Source: Candidatus Nomurabacteria bacterium RIFCSPLOWO2_12_FULL_44_11 (GTDB taxonomy: Bacteria > Patescibacteriota > Minisyncoccia > Phycocordibacterales > UBA9973). From it: 34,575 nt of DNA. The DNA lies in NCBI GenBank assembly GCA_001787125.1, contig MFVU01000015.1:19992-54566 (forward strand), written 5' to 3'. Below the pieces are notes generated by a model, which ran no database searches, was not told the DNA's origin, and worked only from the letters and a program-made list of their open reading frames with translations. Both the position numbers and the translations under genes were made by a program. This document shows positions 7,670 through 17,251 of the stretch, piece after piece (the stretch's first letter is position 1; every line of letters starts with the position of its first letter).

Positions 7670-8164
7670 TTATCTATCTTTAGCTCCTTCGTTTCGAATG
7701 ATTATGTCGGCCGCAGGACCACTTTTTTCATTTACTATAAATTCTTTTCCTGGCCGGTACACACCAATATAAAAATCAGCATAGGTGTCAATCTCTCCGG
7801 GAGCATTCGGGTTGGCTGTTAGTATAATATCTCGAATGTTTTCTCCTTTTCTTTGCTTTATACCTTCATGTATAGTTATCCATACTACTTGTATGCCAGG
7901 TCTTTTAGAAGCCCTAAAGACATGTATACTTTCAACATTTCTTAAAGTTAATTCAGATTGTATGGCAGATAAAAGAAAACTTTTACCTACTTCATGCCAG
8001 GAACCATTGATAATTACATAAACATCTCTTTTAAGAGATTCCATTAAATTCAAAATTCTTTCAACTGCAATTTTTACTCCTTCTTCAAAGGAATACTCGG
8101 GAATTTTAATATCTGGTGATTTTGGTTTTGGGTCTTCTCCCCCTGGTGTTTGTCCTATTGGCAT
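7670..8164 (-). CDS. Hypothetical protein with degenerate P-loop
   Basis: VIINGSWHEVGKS; start ATG 8164 lies 6 nt after TATAAT. Confidence 0.65.
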   Translation of the reverse strand: MPIGQTPGGEDPKPKSPDIKIPEYSFEEGVKIAVERILNLMESLKRDVYVIINGSWHEVGKSFLLSAIQSELTLRNVESIHVFRASKRPGIQVVWITIHEGIKQRKGENIRDIILTANPNAPGEIDTYADFYIGVYRPGKEFIVNEKSGPAADIIIRNEGAKDR

Positions 8165-8171
8165 AAATGTA

Positions 8172-8546
8172 TTATAAATTATGCCAATCAATATCAGTGG
8201 GCTTTATCTTTGGTAATCCTGTGCCACCCTCGAGATTTTTCCCTCCTGTTGTTACGTAGTCCTCTATAATCCTACAGGCTTTACCGAAAAGAACCATATC
8301 TATGGACCCATCTTGTACCTGTATTCTCTGGGTAAGGGCTGTTGTATCTACTGTACCAGTACTTGCTAGCTCTTCAGTAATCAGTGCTTTATAGGTTTCT
8401 TTTAACTGACTTTGTGGTGTAAGATTTGGATTAGTCAATCTTTTTCTATATTCCACAGCTTTTGCAACTATAGCTTCCCTGCCTTCGATAAGAACAATTT
8501 TAGCCGGAACTTGTTTTATGTTTGTTGGTTCTCTTTCTTGTTTCAT
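8172..8546 (-). CDS. Hypothetical protein
   Basis: 124-aa ORF starting 3 nt after the pyrF stop. Confidence 0.65.
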   Translation of the reverse strand: MKQEREPTNIKQVPAKIVLIEGREAIVAKAVEYRKRLTNPNLTPQSQLKETYKALITEELASTGTVDTTALTQRIQVQDGSIDMVLFGKACRIIEDYVTTGGKNLEGGTGLPKIKPTDIDWHNL

Positions 8547-8549
8547 AAA

Positions 8550-9356
8550 TTACTTATATTTCCTTATCTCCTCACAAAGTTTTTGGGCTTCGGCTTTTGG
8601 ATCAGCGGAGAAAATTATGCCACGAGAGGAATTGATGATGAGCCCGAGGCCCGCTGAATTAAGCCCTGCTTTAACTATTGCTTCAACTGATCCGCCCTGA
8701 GCACCCACACCCGGCACAAGAAAAGTCATGCCACCAGTTATTTCACGGATCTTTTTCATTTCTTCTGGATACGTGGCACCTACGACAAGCATGCAGTTAT
8801 TATTTTTATTCCAAATTTTCGAGACCCGCTCTGCAATGACTTCCCAGAGCGACACTTGTCGACCTGCGAGGTCGACAAGTTGATCCTGCAGTTCTCCAGC
8901 TCCTGGATTTGATGTTCTACATAAAATAATACTACCTTTATCTTTCCTGTCTAAAAATGGCTGGACCGCTTCCTGCCCCAGATACGGATTTACTGTAACG
9001 GCATCGAAGCCGAGCCAATCAAAAAGTGAAATAACGTAACCTTCATTAGTGTTGCCTATGTCCGCACGCTTAGCGTCGCAAATAGTAAAAATTTTCGGGT
9101 GATTCTTTTGCAAATACTCCATGGTCATTTTGAGTTCCCGGATGCCTTGGTCGCCGCGAGCTTCATAGAAAGCAATATTTAATTTAAAAGCGGCAGCATA
9201 CTCATGCGTCTGCTCGATAATCCATTTATTGAATTCAAACTGCGGAGTATGATTCTGCTTGAATTTCTCCGAAATTTTCTCGAAATCTGAATCCAGCCCA
9301 ACGCATAGTAGCGAATTTATTTCTTTGGCTCTTTTGTTGTATTTATCTATTATCAT
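8550..9356 (-). CDS. pyrF: Orotidine-5'-phosphate decarboxylase
   Basis: LCVGLD, FKLNIAFYE, DAKRADIGNT, CRTSNPG, VVGAT, PGVGAQGG, NSSRGI. Confidence 0.95.
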   Translation of the reverse strand: MIIDKYNKRAKEINSLLCVGLDSDFEKISEKFKQNHTPQFEFNKWIIEQTHEYAAAFKLNIAFYEARGDQGIRELKMTMEYLQKNHPKIFTICDAKRADIGNTNEGYVISLFDWLGFDAVTVNPYLGQEAVQPFLDRKDKGSIILCRTSNPGAGELQDQLVDLAGRQVSLWEVIAERVSKIWNKNNNCMLVVGATYPEEMKKIREITGGMTFLVPGVGAQGGSVEAIVKAGLNSAGLGLIINSSRGIIFSADPKAEAQKLCEEIRKYK

Positions 9357-9383
9357 TATTTTTATACGTATATGTATACGTAT

Positions 9384-10004
9384 TTATTTTTTCAACTCCA
9401 AAAACTTCTTCCCATGACCAAGCGTAGTATTTATCGGAACTCCCTTTTTACATAAAGGGCACTCCTCTGCAGTATAAGTTGTAACGGGTAATTCCGAAAG
9501 AGAATCGAATGGAATTCCTAAAACTTTTGCATTTATTTTTTCAGGATCTTTGTTCACCATAACACAAACTCCTATAACTTTTCCGCCGGCCTGTTCTACC
9601 GACCTAGCTACTTTTATAACTGATCCACCAGTTTGGGTAGAATCTTCTAACACTAATACTTTTTTACCTTTAACATATTCGTCGTATCCTCGTTTAAATA
9701 TTTGGTCGTTTTCCGAAGTTTTTTCCGTAAATACGCTCAAAACTTCTTTGCCCGTAAATTTAGTTAAATGGTAGGCAGTCCATTGTGAAAAAGGGATACC
9801 TGCTACGGCGGGCGAGACCACAACTTCCACTCCTTTATCTTTATACTTTTCGGCAAAGAGTTTACAAATCCCTGACACCGATTCAGTATGCGGAAGTAAT
9901 GCATCCTTATTAACATAAGTATCAAAATGAAGCCCAGAGGTTCCGACAAAGTGACTATCGGTTATTATCGCACCAACCTTCTTTAATATAGAAATAATAT
10001 CCAT
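9384..10004 (-). CDS. pyrE: Orotate phosphoribosyltransferase
   Basis: HFVGTSGLH..YVNK, PRPP-binding VLVLEDSTQTGGS; adjacent to pyrF. Confidence 0.85.
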   Translation of the reverse strand: MDIISILKKVGAIITDSHFVGTSGLHFDTYVNKDALLPHTESVSGICKLFAEKYKDKGVEVVVSPAVAGIPFSQWTAYHLTKFTGKEVLSVFTEKTSENDQIFKRGYDEYVKGKKVLVLEDSTQTGGSVIKVARSVEQAGGKVIGVCVMVNKDPEKINAKVLGIPFDSLSELPVTTYTAEECPLCKKGVPINTTLGHGKKFLELKK

Positions 10005-10009
10005 TGTCT

Positions 10010-11077
10010 TTATCTTAACCTCTCTTTAATCTCTTTCGCAAGGTAGGGGTTCCACATCGCTCCAATCGCCGACATAACAATATCGGCTCCAGCATTTCGG
10101 TATTCGAAAAAGTCATCGGCGTTTGTCACTCCTCCGACCCCGATGATAGTGTATCTATAGCCGAACTCCTCCCGAAATTTTTTTAATTTCTTGGTCATCT
10201 CGAGCCCAGCCCATTTAATCGGTGAACCACAGGTCCCGCTAGTAACTCTTCCACCAGTTAAAGCGGGCTTGCCCTCATCGTCAATAATTTTAGCGGGCAT
10301 TGTATTGATTGCCGAAATCGCTTGGACCATGGGCGCTACCGCTTCGACGAATTTCCTCAGGTGCTCGGTGTCTGGAAAATAAGAAATTTTTATAATTATA
10401 GGGGTGTCGCCTATTTCATTTCGAACTGCTTCGACGACTATCTTTGAGCGCTCAACATCTAAACACAATAAATTGTTTATACCTTCATTCGGGCAAGCCA
10501 GGTTAAGCTCAATAATTTTTACTTCGGTTTCTTTCATCAATTTCGCTATTAATATAAAATCTTTTAGATAAAGTTCGAAGCCACCAACCTTCGGGAGGGT
10601 GCCTTGAATTCCACCCACCACAATTTGTCCTTTTTTGGCATATGAGATAGAATCGCGTAAATCTGCTTGCCAAAAACTCGGGTCCATTGATGGTATGCCG
10701 AAAGAGTTTGTAGTCGAGAGCGGTTCGGTAAAAGATTTCGCTATTTTCACTCCCTTCGAAGCGAGCTCTAAAGTCATATCTCCTACTACTTCTAGTGGAG
10801 CAATGTTAGGCAAAGGGTGACAAGGATGCATGTGAGCTCTGGTGTCCTTGTATTCCACAATATCGAATCCCTTATCTAGAGCAGCTTTCACAAAATTACC
10901 ATTTATCAATGGCCCGTTTGCAATCCCAAATGGTGAATTTACTTTAAAACCCAGAAAATCGTAGGTTTTTTTAGAGCTATTCTCTATAACAACCCCATCT
11001 GCAAAGGCGCCAAATGGCCCCTCCTTAAAGTTCTCCTCATAAGTTTTATTGGGGTCGTAGAATGGTTCGTGAAGCAT
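10010..11077 (-). CDS. Dihydroorotate dehydrogenase-like FMN enzyme (class 1-like)
   Basis: NSFG, ELNLACPN, IKI, AINT, IIGVGGV...AGAD; upstream of pyrE-pyrF. Confidence 0.8.
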   Translation of the reverse strand: MLHEPFYDPNKTYEENFKEGPFGAFADGVVIENSSKKTYDFLGFKVNSPFGIANGPLINGNFVKAALDKGFDIVEYKDTRAHMHPCHPLPNIAPLEVVGDMTLELASKGVKIAKSFTEPLSTTNSFGIPSMDPSFWQADLRDSISYAKKGQIVVGGIQGTLPKVGGFELYLKDFILIAKLMKETEVKIIELNLACPNEGINNLLCLDVERSKIVVEAVRNEIGDTPIIIKISYFPDTEHLRKFVEAVAPMVQAISAINTMPAKIIDDEGKPALTGGRVTSGTCGSPIKWAGLEMTKKLKKFREEFGYRYTIIGVGGVTNADDFFEYRNAGADIVMSAIGAMWNPYLAKEIKERLR

Positions 11078-11098
11078 TCTATTTATACTAACAGAAAA

Positions 11099-11791
11099 CT
11101 AAGGAATATTCACTGGGGACTCTTTGAAGCTATGGCGAAACATAAAGTATACAAAAATTGCGCCCACTAAAATGAGAATGTTGACATGATTAAGAAGAAT
11201 GGAGCCAAAATGATAAAACAAAATGGTCCATAAAGTGTTCCAAATAGTTATTGAGATTAAAGAATAGAGCGCGAATTTTAAAAATGAAAGATGGAGTATT
11301 CCCGCCGCGGTAGCGGCAAGTGCGCCGAAGTTAGGATGAACATAGGTGGTAAAAAGTATTTTAAGCCCCTTCTCGCCTATTTTCGTTTGCACTTTTTCCA
11401 AAGGCGCTCGCAAGCCAAATTTTAAGAGCACATGATACCAGCCAAATCTGCCTAAGACATAATTAAAAATTGCGGTAAGAAAAAATCCAAAGATGACTAG
11501 AAGAAGCATAAAAGGGACATCAAGCCCCGCCTCGCGCGCAATCACCACGCCCAGGGCCACCACAATTGAACCCGGGAAATACCAATTTATCAGTAACAGC
11601 CCTTCACCGATGGCGCCCAAGAGAACCACCCAGTAGCCGTATTTTTCATAGTAAACCGTGGTGAATTTTATTATTTCTTCGGGCTTAGGCAGGCCCAGGA
11701 GGTTGTAGGTAAATAAAAATATTAGATACGCGGCGACAATTACAAGTAAAACTCCAATGTAACGAAAAAATTTCTTCCACTGCTCTGTCAT
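11099..11791 (-). CDS. DedA family membrane protein
   Basis: YGYWVV..A..EG......FPG, NYVLGRFG, AG......KF..YS...W. Confidence 0.8.
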   Translation of the reverse strand: MTEQWKKFFRYIGVLLVIVAAYLIFLFTYNLLGLPKPEEIIKFTTVYYEKYGYWVVLLGAIGEGLLLINWYFPGSIVVALGVVIAREAGLDVPFMLLLVIFGFFLTAIFNYVLGRFGWYHVLLKFGLRAPLEKVQTKIGEKGLKILFTTYVHPNFGALAATAAGILHLSFLKFALYSLISITIWNTLWTILFYHFGSILLNHVNILILVGAIFVYFMFRHSFKESPVNIP

Positions 11792-11816
11792 CAACAAAGT
11801 TTAGCATAAAACGAAA

Positions 11817-11843
11817 CGCCGGAGAGCGCGAAGCCCCCCGGAC
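11817..11843 (-). terminator. Putative intrinsic terminator
   Basis: CCGGGGGGC-TTCGC-GCTCTCCGG followed by CGTTTCGTTTT on minus strand. Confidence 0.55.
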
Positions 11844-11852
11844 GGTGTGTGA

Positions 11853-12182
11853 TTACTGGCAAGCACGTCTATCGTACTCGTAGCTCGCGCGAGCGGCAGC
11901 GAGAATCAACCGGCGGTGATATCCCCGCTCAGATTGATTGCGTCCGCCAAGCCGACCGATCGCGCTTTCGAGGATATCATCGGAGATCTGGCCACTAAGC
12001 GCCCAGCCCCGATCATGGATAATCCACCCGCCCTTGCTTTTGACCCACGAAGCTCGTTTGACTCCGAGGGAATCAAAAACGTAATGCCCTTCCGAGGCCG
12101 CGTTAAGGGCAGAAGCTAGGGCGTGAGCCGCAGCATCTTCAGCCAGAGAACCAGCCATCTTGCGAAAATCAACTTCAGTCAA
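11853..12182 (-). CDS. Hypothetical protein
   Basis: AGGAGAGG SD before TTG, own promoter-like boxes and terminator. Confidence 0.6.
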   Translation of the reverse strand: MTEVDFRKMAGSLAEDAAAHALASALNAASEGHYVFDSLGVKRASWVKSKGGWIIHDRGWALSGQISDDILESAIGRLGGRNQSERGYHRRLILAAARASYEYDRRACQ

Positions 12183-12235
12183 GGTACCTCTCCTCGCCCA
12201 CTTTATATCACACTTTGTGAAAATTACAATAAGGA

Positions 12236-12721
12236 TTACTCTGTAAGTCTAATTTCTTTTCTGTCTTTCCATTCGGGCCAATGAGAAATTATTTTTTCGG
12301 CTTGCGCTTTAGTGGATCTCAGAAAAAAACGAATGAGCTTTGTTGCTTCCTCAGGTAAAATCTCTACCGCAGATGGAAAATGCTCCCAAAGTTCTGAGGC
12401 CATGGTTTTGTTATGACTTACACCAGCATTATCCTCCCAAGTAAGCATGTGGGCTTCCCAGATTTGCCCGGCGAGACCGGTGAGGTAAATGTCAATAGAC
12501 GGATGGCCTTCGGTAACCAAATCGACAAAGAATTTTTCCTCGGCTTCCGTTAGGTTCGGTACTTCGCCTGGTCTAAGTTCGGAAAGTTTCTGCGGTAAAC
12601 CGGGGGCCCTCGTCGCCATGAAATCGATAAATTCCTGGCCGAGCCAGCGCAGATTAAAAAAAATCTCTCTCTTTGGAGCAAGGAGCTTATCCCCTGGACC
12701 TCCTGGAACGCCGGGATTCAT
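12236..12721 (-). CDS. Hypothetical protein
   Basis: 161-aa ORF; TATAAT 7 nt before ATG. Confidence 0.65.
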   Translation of the reverse strand: MNPGVPGGPGDKLLAPKREIFFNLRWLGQEFIDFMATRAPGLPQKLSELRPGEVPNLTEAEEKFFVDLVTEGHPSIDIYLTGLAGQIWEAHMLTWEDNAGVSHNKTMASELWEHFPSAVEILPEEATKLIRFFLRSTKAQAEKIISHWPEWKDRKEIRLTE

Positions 12722-12724
12722 ATG

Positions 12725-13444
12725 TTATATTATAGCTCTCTTTTCTAAAAAATTCTCGGCATCAATTTCACCTTGCTTGATAGTTTTTTTGATTCTCTCT
12801 TTATTGGTATCCAAGCTATTTAGAAGCGGCATCCGGCTCGGTTCCAAAATTTCCCTCAGACCGTAAATTTGGTTGAAATATTTATTGGAAATAACCCCGA
12901 TAACTTCATCGTAAGCTTTTAATTCCTCTTGCAGAATATTTCTAAATTTTCTGACTGGAGTCATGCGACCGTCTACATATCGCCGACCGCCTATAAAAAC
13001 TTTCTTAGGGTAAAGAAGAGGCAAGGCACATGCGGCACGCATGAGATCGAAAATATTATTTTGTTTCAAGTCCATCAGTATCGGCTCCTTGGTTTCCCAG
13101 TCAGTGATAAAAGTATACAAATTGGCTTTCGAGTTCTCCATCGCTCTAATATTCAAGCGTGTTTTTAAAATATTAATCAAGTAATCTAAATCGAGGATTG
13201 GTTTTTTACGAAGTGGATTCAGGAAATTTATTAGTTTTCTGCCGGAGCTGTATTCTACCCACACTTCTTCAAGTTCCTCCATCTGGTTCGTGACAAAGGG
13301 CACTTGCTCAAATATTCCCACGGAAGTGGAAAAAATAGTGTCAAAATATTCTTTCCCCAATTCTCTTTCAAAAACTTTAAGCACTCCCACAAAATAAGCC
13401 CCGCGCATCGTCCCGCCCTGGATAATTAATGCTCTTTTAGGCAT
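12725..13444 (-). CDS. Patatin-like phospholipase family protein
   Basis: QGGTMRG oxyanion motif, STSVG nucleophile elbow, RAACALP, YVDG; ATG 13444 overlaps upstream stop. Confidence 0.88.
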   Translation of the reverse strand: MPKRALIIQGGTMRGAYFVGVLKVFERELGKEYFDTIFSTSVGIFEQVPFVTNQMEELEEVWVEYSSGRKLINFLNPLRKKPILDLDYLINILKTRLNIRAMENSKANLYTFITDWETKEPILMDLKQNNIFDLMRAACALPLLYPKKVFIGGRRYVDGRMTPVRKFRNILQEELKAYDEVIGVISNKYFNQIYGLREILEPSRMPLLNSLDTNKERIKKTIKQGEIDAENFLEKRAII

Positions 13445-14375
13445 GACGATCAAAGACCCTTTTTAAATTTCCTTGCGCCACATCAGCCATGAATGCTTTG
13501 GCTTTAGCCTCAAACGCTAACTTGAGAGCTACGTCTATAAGCACCTGAAGGTGAATATCCTTTTTTCTCTTTTGATATTCTTCTATTAAAGTAAGTCCTT
13601 TTTTTGCCTGCTCCTTGCACCATTGTAAAACACCTGGGTGATTTTTATATTTCCGCGACTTTAAAGTATCTATTGTGATATCTAATCTCTCACAATCCTC
13701 TGCTGAAATGTTTACCAATCCAGCTTTCAAATCCTCTTTGAGGTCTCGAAGATTATAGTAAATTCGATCGGCTTCACCAAGTGGTTGAATGGCACTAAAA
13801 TGCTCTGGGGACTCTCCGCACGCTTTCAATGCCCCTCCAATAACTCCTCTAATATCTAATTTATAGAAGTGATCATAGAGTTCTTGCCCGCTAAAAATTT
13901 GGTGAGTACCTTTGCGTTTTGCGTCAAAAAGTAAGGATTCTAAAATATCTACAGTCTCTTCGCTGATATCGAAGCCTGCTTCCTTTGCTAATTTAAAACA
14001 AAGTTTAAATAATTCGTCTACTTTATCCTTTGGTAACCCTCGTGCTGTTAGATTATCAATTTTTTGTTGTACGTAATCCGCGGAACTTGCATAACCATCC
14101 GGTAAAGGAACATCCCCATCCGCCACATCATCAACGAAACGCATAGCGATGTAATAATTTTCCATAAGATGACTTCGTTCAAAAGAACCGGAAAGCCTTC
14201 GAAGAATTCTAATGCCGAGAATAAACCATTTGTATTCTGGTTTTCCTCGTTCTAGCATTTGGTTGAAGACGTCTTCGCGAACAGAAGCAAATTCAGCAAC
14301 TTCTGAATTTAATTGAGAAATACGTTCTTTCTTGGCATGTTCAGCTGCGAGCGTTTCTAGGCTCTTAATTTTCAT
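13437..14375 (-). CDS. Squalene/phytoene synthase family (head-to-head prenyltransferase fold) protein
   Basis: RFVDDVADGD and YNLRDLKEDLKAG Asp-rich motifs at the expected spacing. Confidence 0.8.
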   Translation of the reverse strand: MKIKSLETLAAEHAKKERISQLNSEVAEFASVREDVFNQMLERGKPEYKWFILGIRILRRLSGSFERSHLMENYYIAMRFVDDVADGDVPLPDGYASSADYVQQKIDNLTARGLPKDKVDELFKLCFKLAKEAGFDISEETVDILESLLFDAKRKGTHQIFSGQELYDHFYKLDIRGVIGGALKACGESPEHFSAIQPLGEADRIYYNLRDLKEDLKAGLVNISAEDCERLDITIDTLKSRKYKNHPGVLQWCKEQAKKGLTLIEEYQKRKKDIHLQVLIDVALKLAFEAKAKAFMADVAQGNLKRVFDRHA

Positions 14376-14402
14376 AACCATATTCTACTAGTAAGTACCA
14401 GT

Positions 14403-14430
14403 AAAAACCACCCTTTCGGGTGGCTTTTTT
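14403..14430. terminator. Intrinsic terminator downstream of fusA
   Basis: AAAAA-CCACCC-TTTC-GGGTGG-CTTTTTT. Confidence 0.7.
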
Positions 14431-14455
14431 ATTTTCTCGCTGCAATGATGGTTTC

Positions 14456-14499
14456 CGCCACCCCAGAACCAAAGCCTTCGGCTTGGTACAGGGCAGGCG
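14456..14499. repeat. Long imperfect hairpin after fusA
   Basis: CGCCACCCCAGAACCAAAGCC-TTC-GGCTTGGTACAGGGCAGGCG. Confidence 0.5.
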
Positions 14500-14509
14500 T
14501 TATTCGGCA

Positions 14510-16657
14510 TTACTTACGAGCGGCTATTATTGTTTCAGCGACATTATTGGGAACCGTATCATACCTCAAGAATTCCATAGTGAAGGAGGCGCGGCCTTCG
14601 GTCATGGAGCGCAGGCCGGTCATATAGCCGAACATTTCAGAAAGCGGCACGATAGCGCGCATAACTTTATTCATGCCGCGATCTTCCATGCCCTCTATTA
14701 GTCCGCGCTTACTCGAGAGGTTGCCAGTAACATCACCCATAAACTTTTCCGGAGTTACTACTTCCACTTTCATCATTGGCTCCAGGATCACCGGGCGCGC
14801 TGAACGGCACGCGTCTTGCACGGCCATGGAGGCGGCAATTTTGAAAGCCATTTCGTTCGAGTCCACTTCGTGATAACTGCCGTCCCAGAGGTCCACCGAA
14901 ACATTGACCATCTTAAAGCCCGCCACGATCCCACGATCCAGCCCTTCCTTGAATCCTTTTTCACAGGCCGGAATATATTCCTGCGGAATCACGCCGCCTC
15001 TGATTGAGTTTACAAATTCAAATCCCGGACTGCGCTTGGTATTTTTCGGCAGGTCTTCCAACTCTTCTTTGGTGAGCGCCTCCATCGGCTTGACACGGAT
15101 CTTCACATGGCCATAGTTACCGCGACCGCCGGACTGCTTGATGTATTTGCCTTCAGCTTCAGAACTAGCAGAGATAGTTTCGCGGTAGGCCACTTGCGGT
15201 TTGCCCACATTCGCCTCCACGGTAAATTCCCGCTTCATACGATCCACAATAATTTCAAGATGAAGTTCACCCATGCCGGCAATAATGGTCTCCCCTGTCT
15301 CCTGATCGGTAGAGACCTTGAAAGTTGGGTCCTCCTGCGCGAGACGGTTTAAGGCCATACCCATTTTTTCCTGGTCGGCCTTGGTCTTCGGTTCAATACG
15401 CAGCGAGATAACCGGTTCCGGGAAAACGATACGATCAAGTGCTACCGGGTGGTTCTCGTCGCAGATAGTATCGGAGGTGATAGTGTCCTTGAGTCCCACC
15501 GCCGCGGCGATTTCTCCGGCGAAGACTTCTTTCACTTCTTCACGGTCGTTGGCATGCATTCGAAGTATGCGTCCGATGCGCTCTTTGTTTCTTGTGCGCG
15601 GGTTATATACATAACTTCCTGCGGCCAGTGTTCCGGAGTAGACCCGGAAGAAAATTAGCTGGCCCACGAAGGGATCCGTCGCCACCTTGAAAGCCAGTGC
15701 GGCAAAGGGTTCGGCGTCCGAGGCGTGCCTTTCTACTTCCTCGTCGGTGTCCGGATTGATGCCTTTGATGGCCGGAATATCGGTCGGCGCTGGCAGATAA
15801 TCCACCACGGCATCAAGCACGAGCTGGACGCCTTTATTCTTGAGTGCGCTTCCCGCAAAAACCGGGAAAATTTTATTAGCAATTACGGCTTTGCGGAGAG
15901 TTGCTTTCAGGGTATCGAATTTGGGCACGAGGCCGTCTAAATATTCAGTCATCAAGGTGTCATCTGTTTCTACAATTTTTTCAATTAATTCATTGTGATA
16001 TTTAAGCGCGTCGGCTTCCAGCTCCTTTGGAATTTCTTTTTCAATAACCTTATTGCCCATTTCACCTTCAAAATAGTAGGCCTTCATACGCAGAACATCT
16101 ACCACGCCTTCATGTTTCTCTTCCAGGCCGATGGGTATTTGCATGCGTACCGCATTTTTATTCAAACGGTCTAAAATTGTGGCAAAAGAACGTTCAAAAG
16201 ATGCACCGGTGCGGTCAAGCTTGTTGATGAAACATACCCGTGGAACTTTCGCTTCGTCTGCATAGCGCCAGTTTGTTTCGGATTGTGGCTCCACGCCAGC
16301 CACGCCGTCGAAAACAACCACTGCGCCGTCTAGCACTCGGAGTGATCTTTTAACTTCCACGGTAAAGTCAATGTGACCCGGAGTGTCAATAATATTGAAA
16401 CGATGTTTTTTAGTTTTATCGCCTGCGGCATACGTTGGCGTCCAGAAACATGTTACCGCCGCGGAAGTAATAGTAATTCCACGCTCGCGCTCCTGTTCCA
16501 TCCAATCGGTCACCGTATCGCCCTCATGCACCTCCCCTATTTTGTGCGAAACGCCGGTATAAAAAAGCACACGCTCGGTCGTAGTCGTTTTGCCCGCGTC
16601 AATGTGGGCGATAATTCCAAAATTTCTAACTTTTTCTAAGGGGTAATCTCTTGACAT
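14510..16657 (-). CDS. fusA: Elongation factor G
   Basis: [43 protein letters not shown]. Confidence 0.99.
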   Translation of the reverse strand: MSRDYPLEKVRNFGIIAHIDAGKTTTTERVLFYTGVSHKIGEVHEGDTVTDWMEQERERGITITSAAVTCFWTPTYAAGDKTKKHRFNIIDTPGHIDFTVEVKRSLRVLDGAVVVFDGVAGVEPQSETNWRYADEAKVPRVCFINKLDRTGASFERSFATILDRLNKNAVRMQIPIGLEEKHEGVVDVLRMKAYYFEGEMGNKVIEKEIPKELEADALKYHNELIEKIVETDDTLMTEYLDGLVPKFDTLKATLRKAVIANKIFPVFAGSALKNKGVQLVLDAVVDYLPAPTDIPAIKGINPDTDEEVERHASDAEPFAALAFKVATDPFVGQLIFFRVYSGTLAAGSYVYNPRTRNKERIGRILRMHANDREEVKEVFAGEIAAAVGLKDTITSDTICDENHPVALDRIVFPEPVISLRIEPKTKADQEKMGMALNRLAQEDPTFKVSTDQETGETIIAGMGELHLEIIVDRMKREFTVEANVGKPQVAYRETISASSEAEGKYIKQSGGRGNYGHVKIRVKPMEALTKEELEDLPKNTKRSPGFEFVNSIRGGVIPQEYIPACEKGFKEGLDRGIVAGFKMVNVSVDLWDGSYHEVDSNEMAFKIAASMAVQDACRSARPVILEPMMKVEVVTPEKFMGDVTGNLSSKRGLIEGMEDRGMNKVMRAIVPLSEMFGYMTGLRSMTEGRASFTMEFLRYDTVPNNVAETIIAARK

Positions 16658-16757
16658 GGTAATAAAAAAGCGCCTGATGCGCTTGAAACACTATATAATA
16701 TAACCCATCTTTTTGCAAACCAAAAGCCACATTTTGGTGGCCTTCGAAATCAAATTA

Positions 16758-16991
16758 TTATTCTGTTTTTAGTTCTTCGGGCGGTTTAAAATAATCGCTT
16801 ATTTCTTGATTCAATTTTCTTTCTGCAGATGACATCATTTGCCAGACAGCAAGAGGAATATTTCCACTATATTTAAGCATTAACTCCATAAGCAATTTAG
16901 CAGCATCTGCTGTTCCTTCTAAACTAAACGGTTTCCCCTTCGCATCTTTTCTGTTAACTGGTAATTGACCACTTCCAGGTGTAGTTTCCAT
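16758..16991 (-). CDS. Hypothetical protein
   Basis: 77-aa ORF between rpsG and fusA, followed by a small hairpin. Confidence 0.5.
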   Translation of the reverse strand: METTPGSGQLPVNRKDAKGKPFSLEGTADAAKLLMELMLKYSGNIPLAVWQMMSSAERKLNQEISDYFKPPEELKTE

Positions 16992-17066
16992 ATATTTAAA
17001 CTGAATTATCTATTAATATCTAAAGTGTACCCCCTGACACGTGCTGTCAAGGAAGAAAAGCAACTT

Positions 17067-17216
17067 ATCCCAGCCCAAATTTTGCAAGATAAAAAATGAA
17101 AATCTGCTTCGCGCATAAGGTATGGCCTATTCGGCCCCGCAGATTTTATTTTCAAACGTAGGGTAAGTGGTTATTTAAAATATAGGGAGCAAACGACGGC
17201 AAAATTTGAGCGGGAT
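17067..17216. repeat. Nested inverted-repeat element (MITE/REP-like)
   Basis: Outer ATCCCAGCCCAAATTTTGC / GCAAAATTTGAGCGGGAT; inner AAAATCTGC / GCAGATTTT. Confidence 0.65.
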
Positions 17217-17251
17217 GATGAAAACATAGTCGCTACGCTCCTTGTTTTCTA

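Noticed and set aside
9364-9383. ATACGTATATGTATACGTAT near-palindrome between pyrE and pyrF
   Set aside because: Low-complexity AT-rich sequence, single copy; too weak to call an operator.
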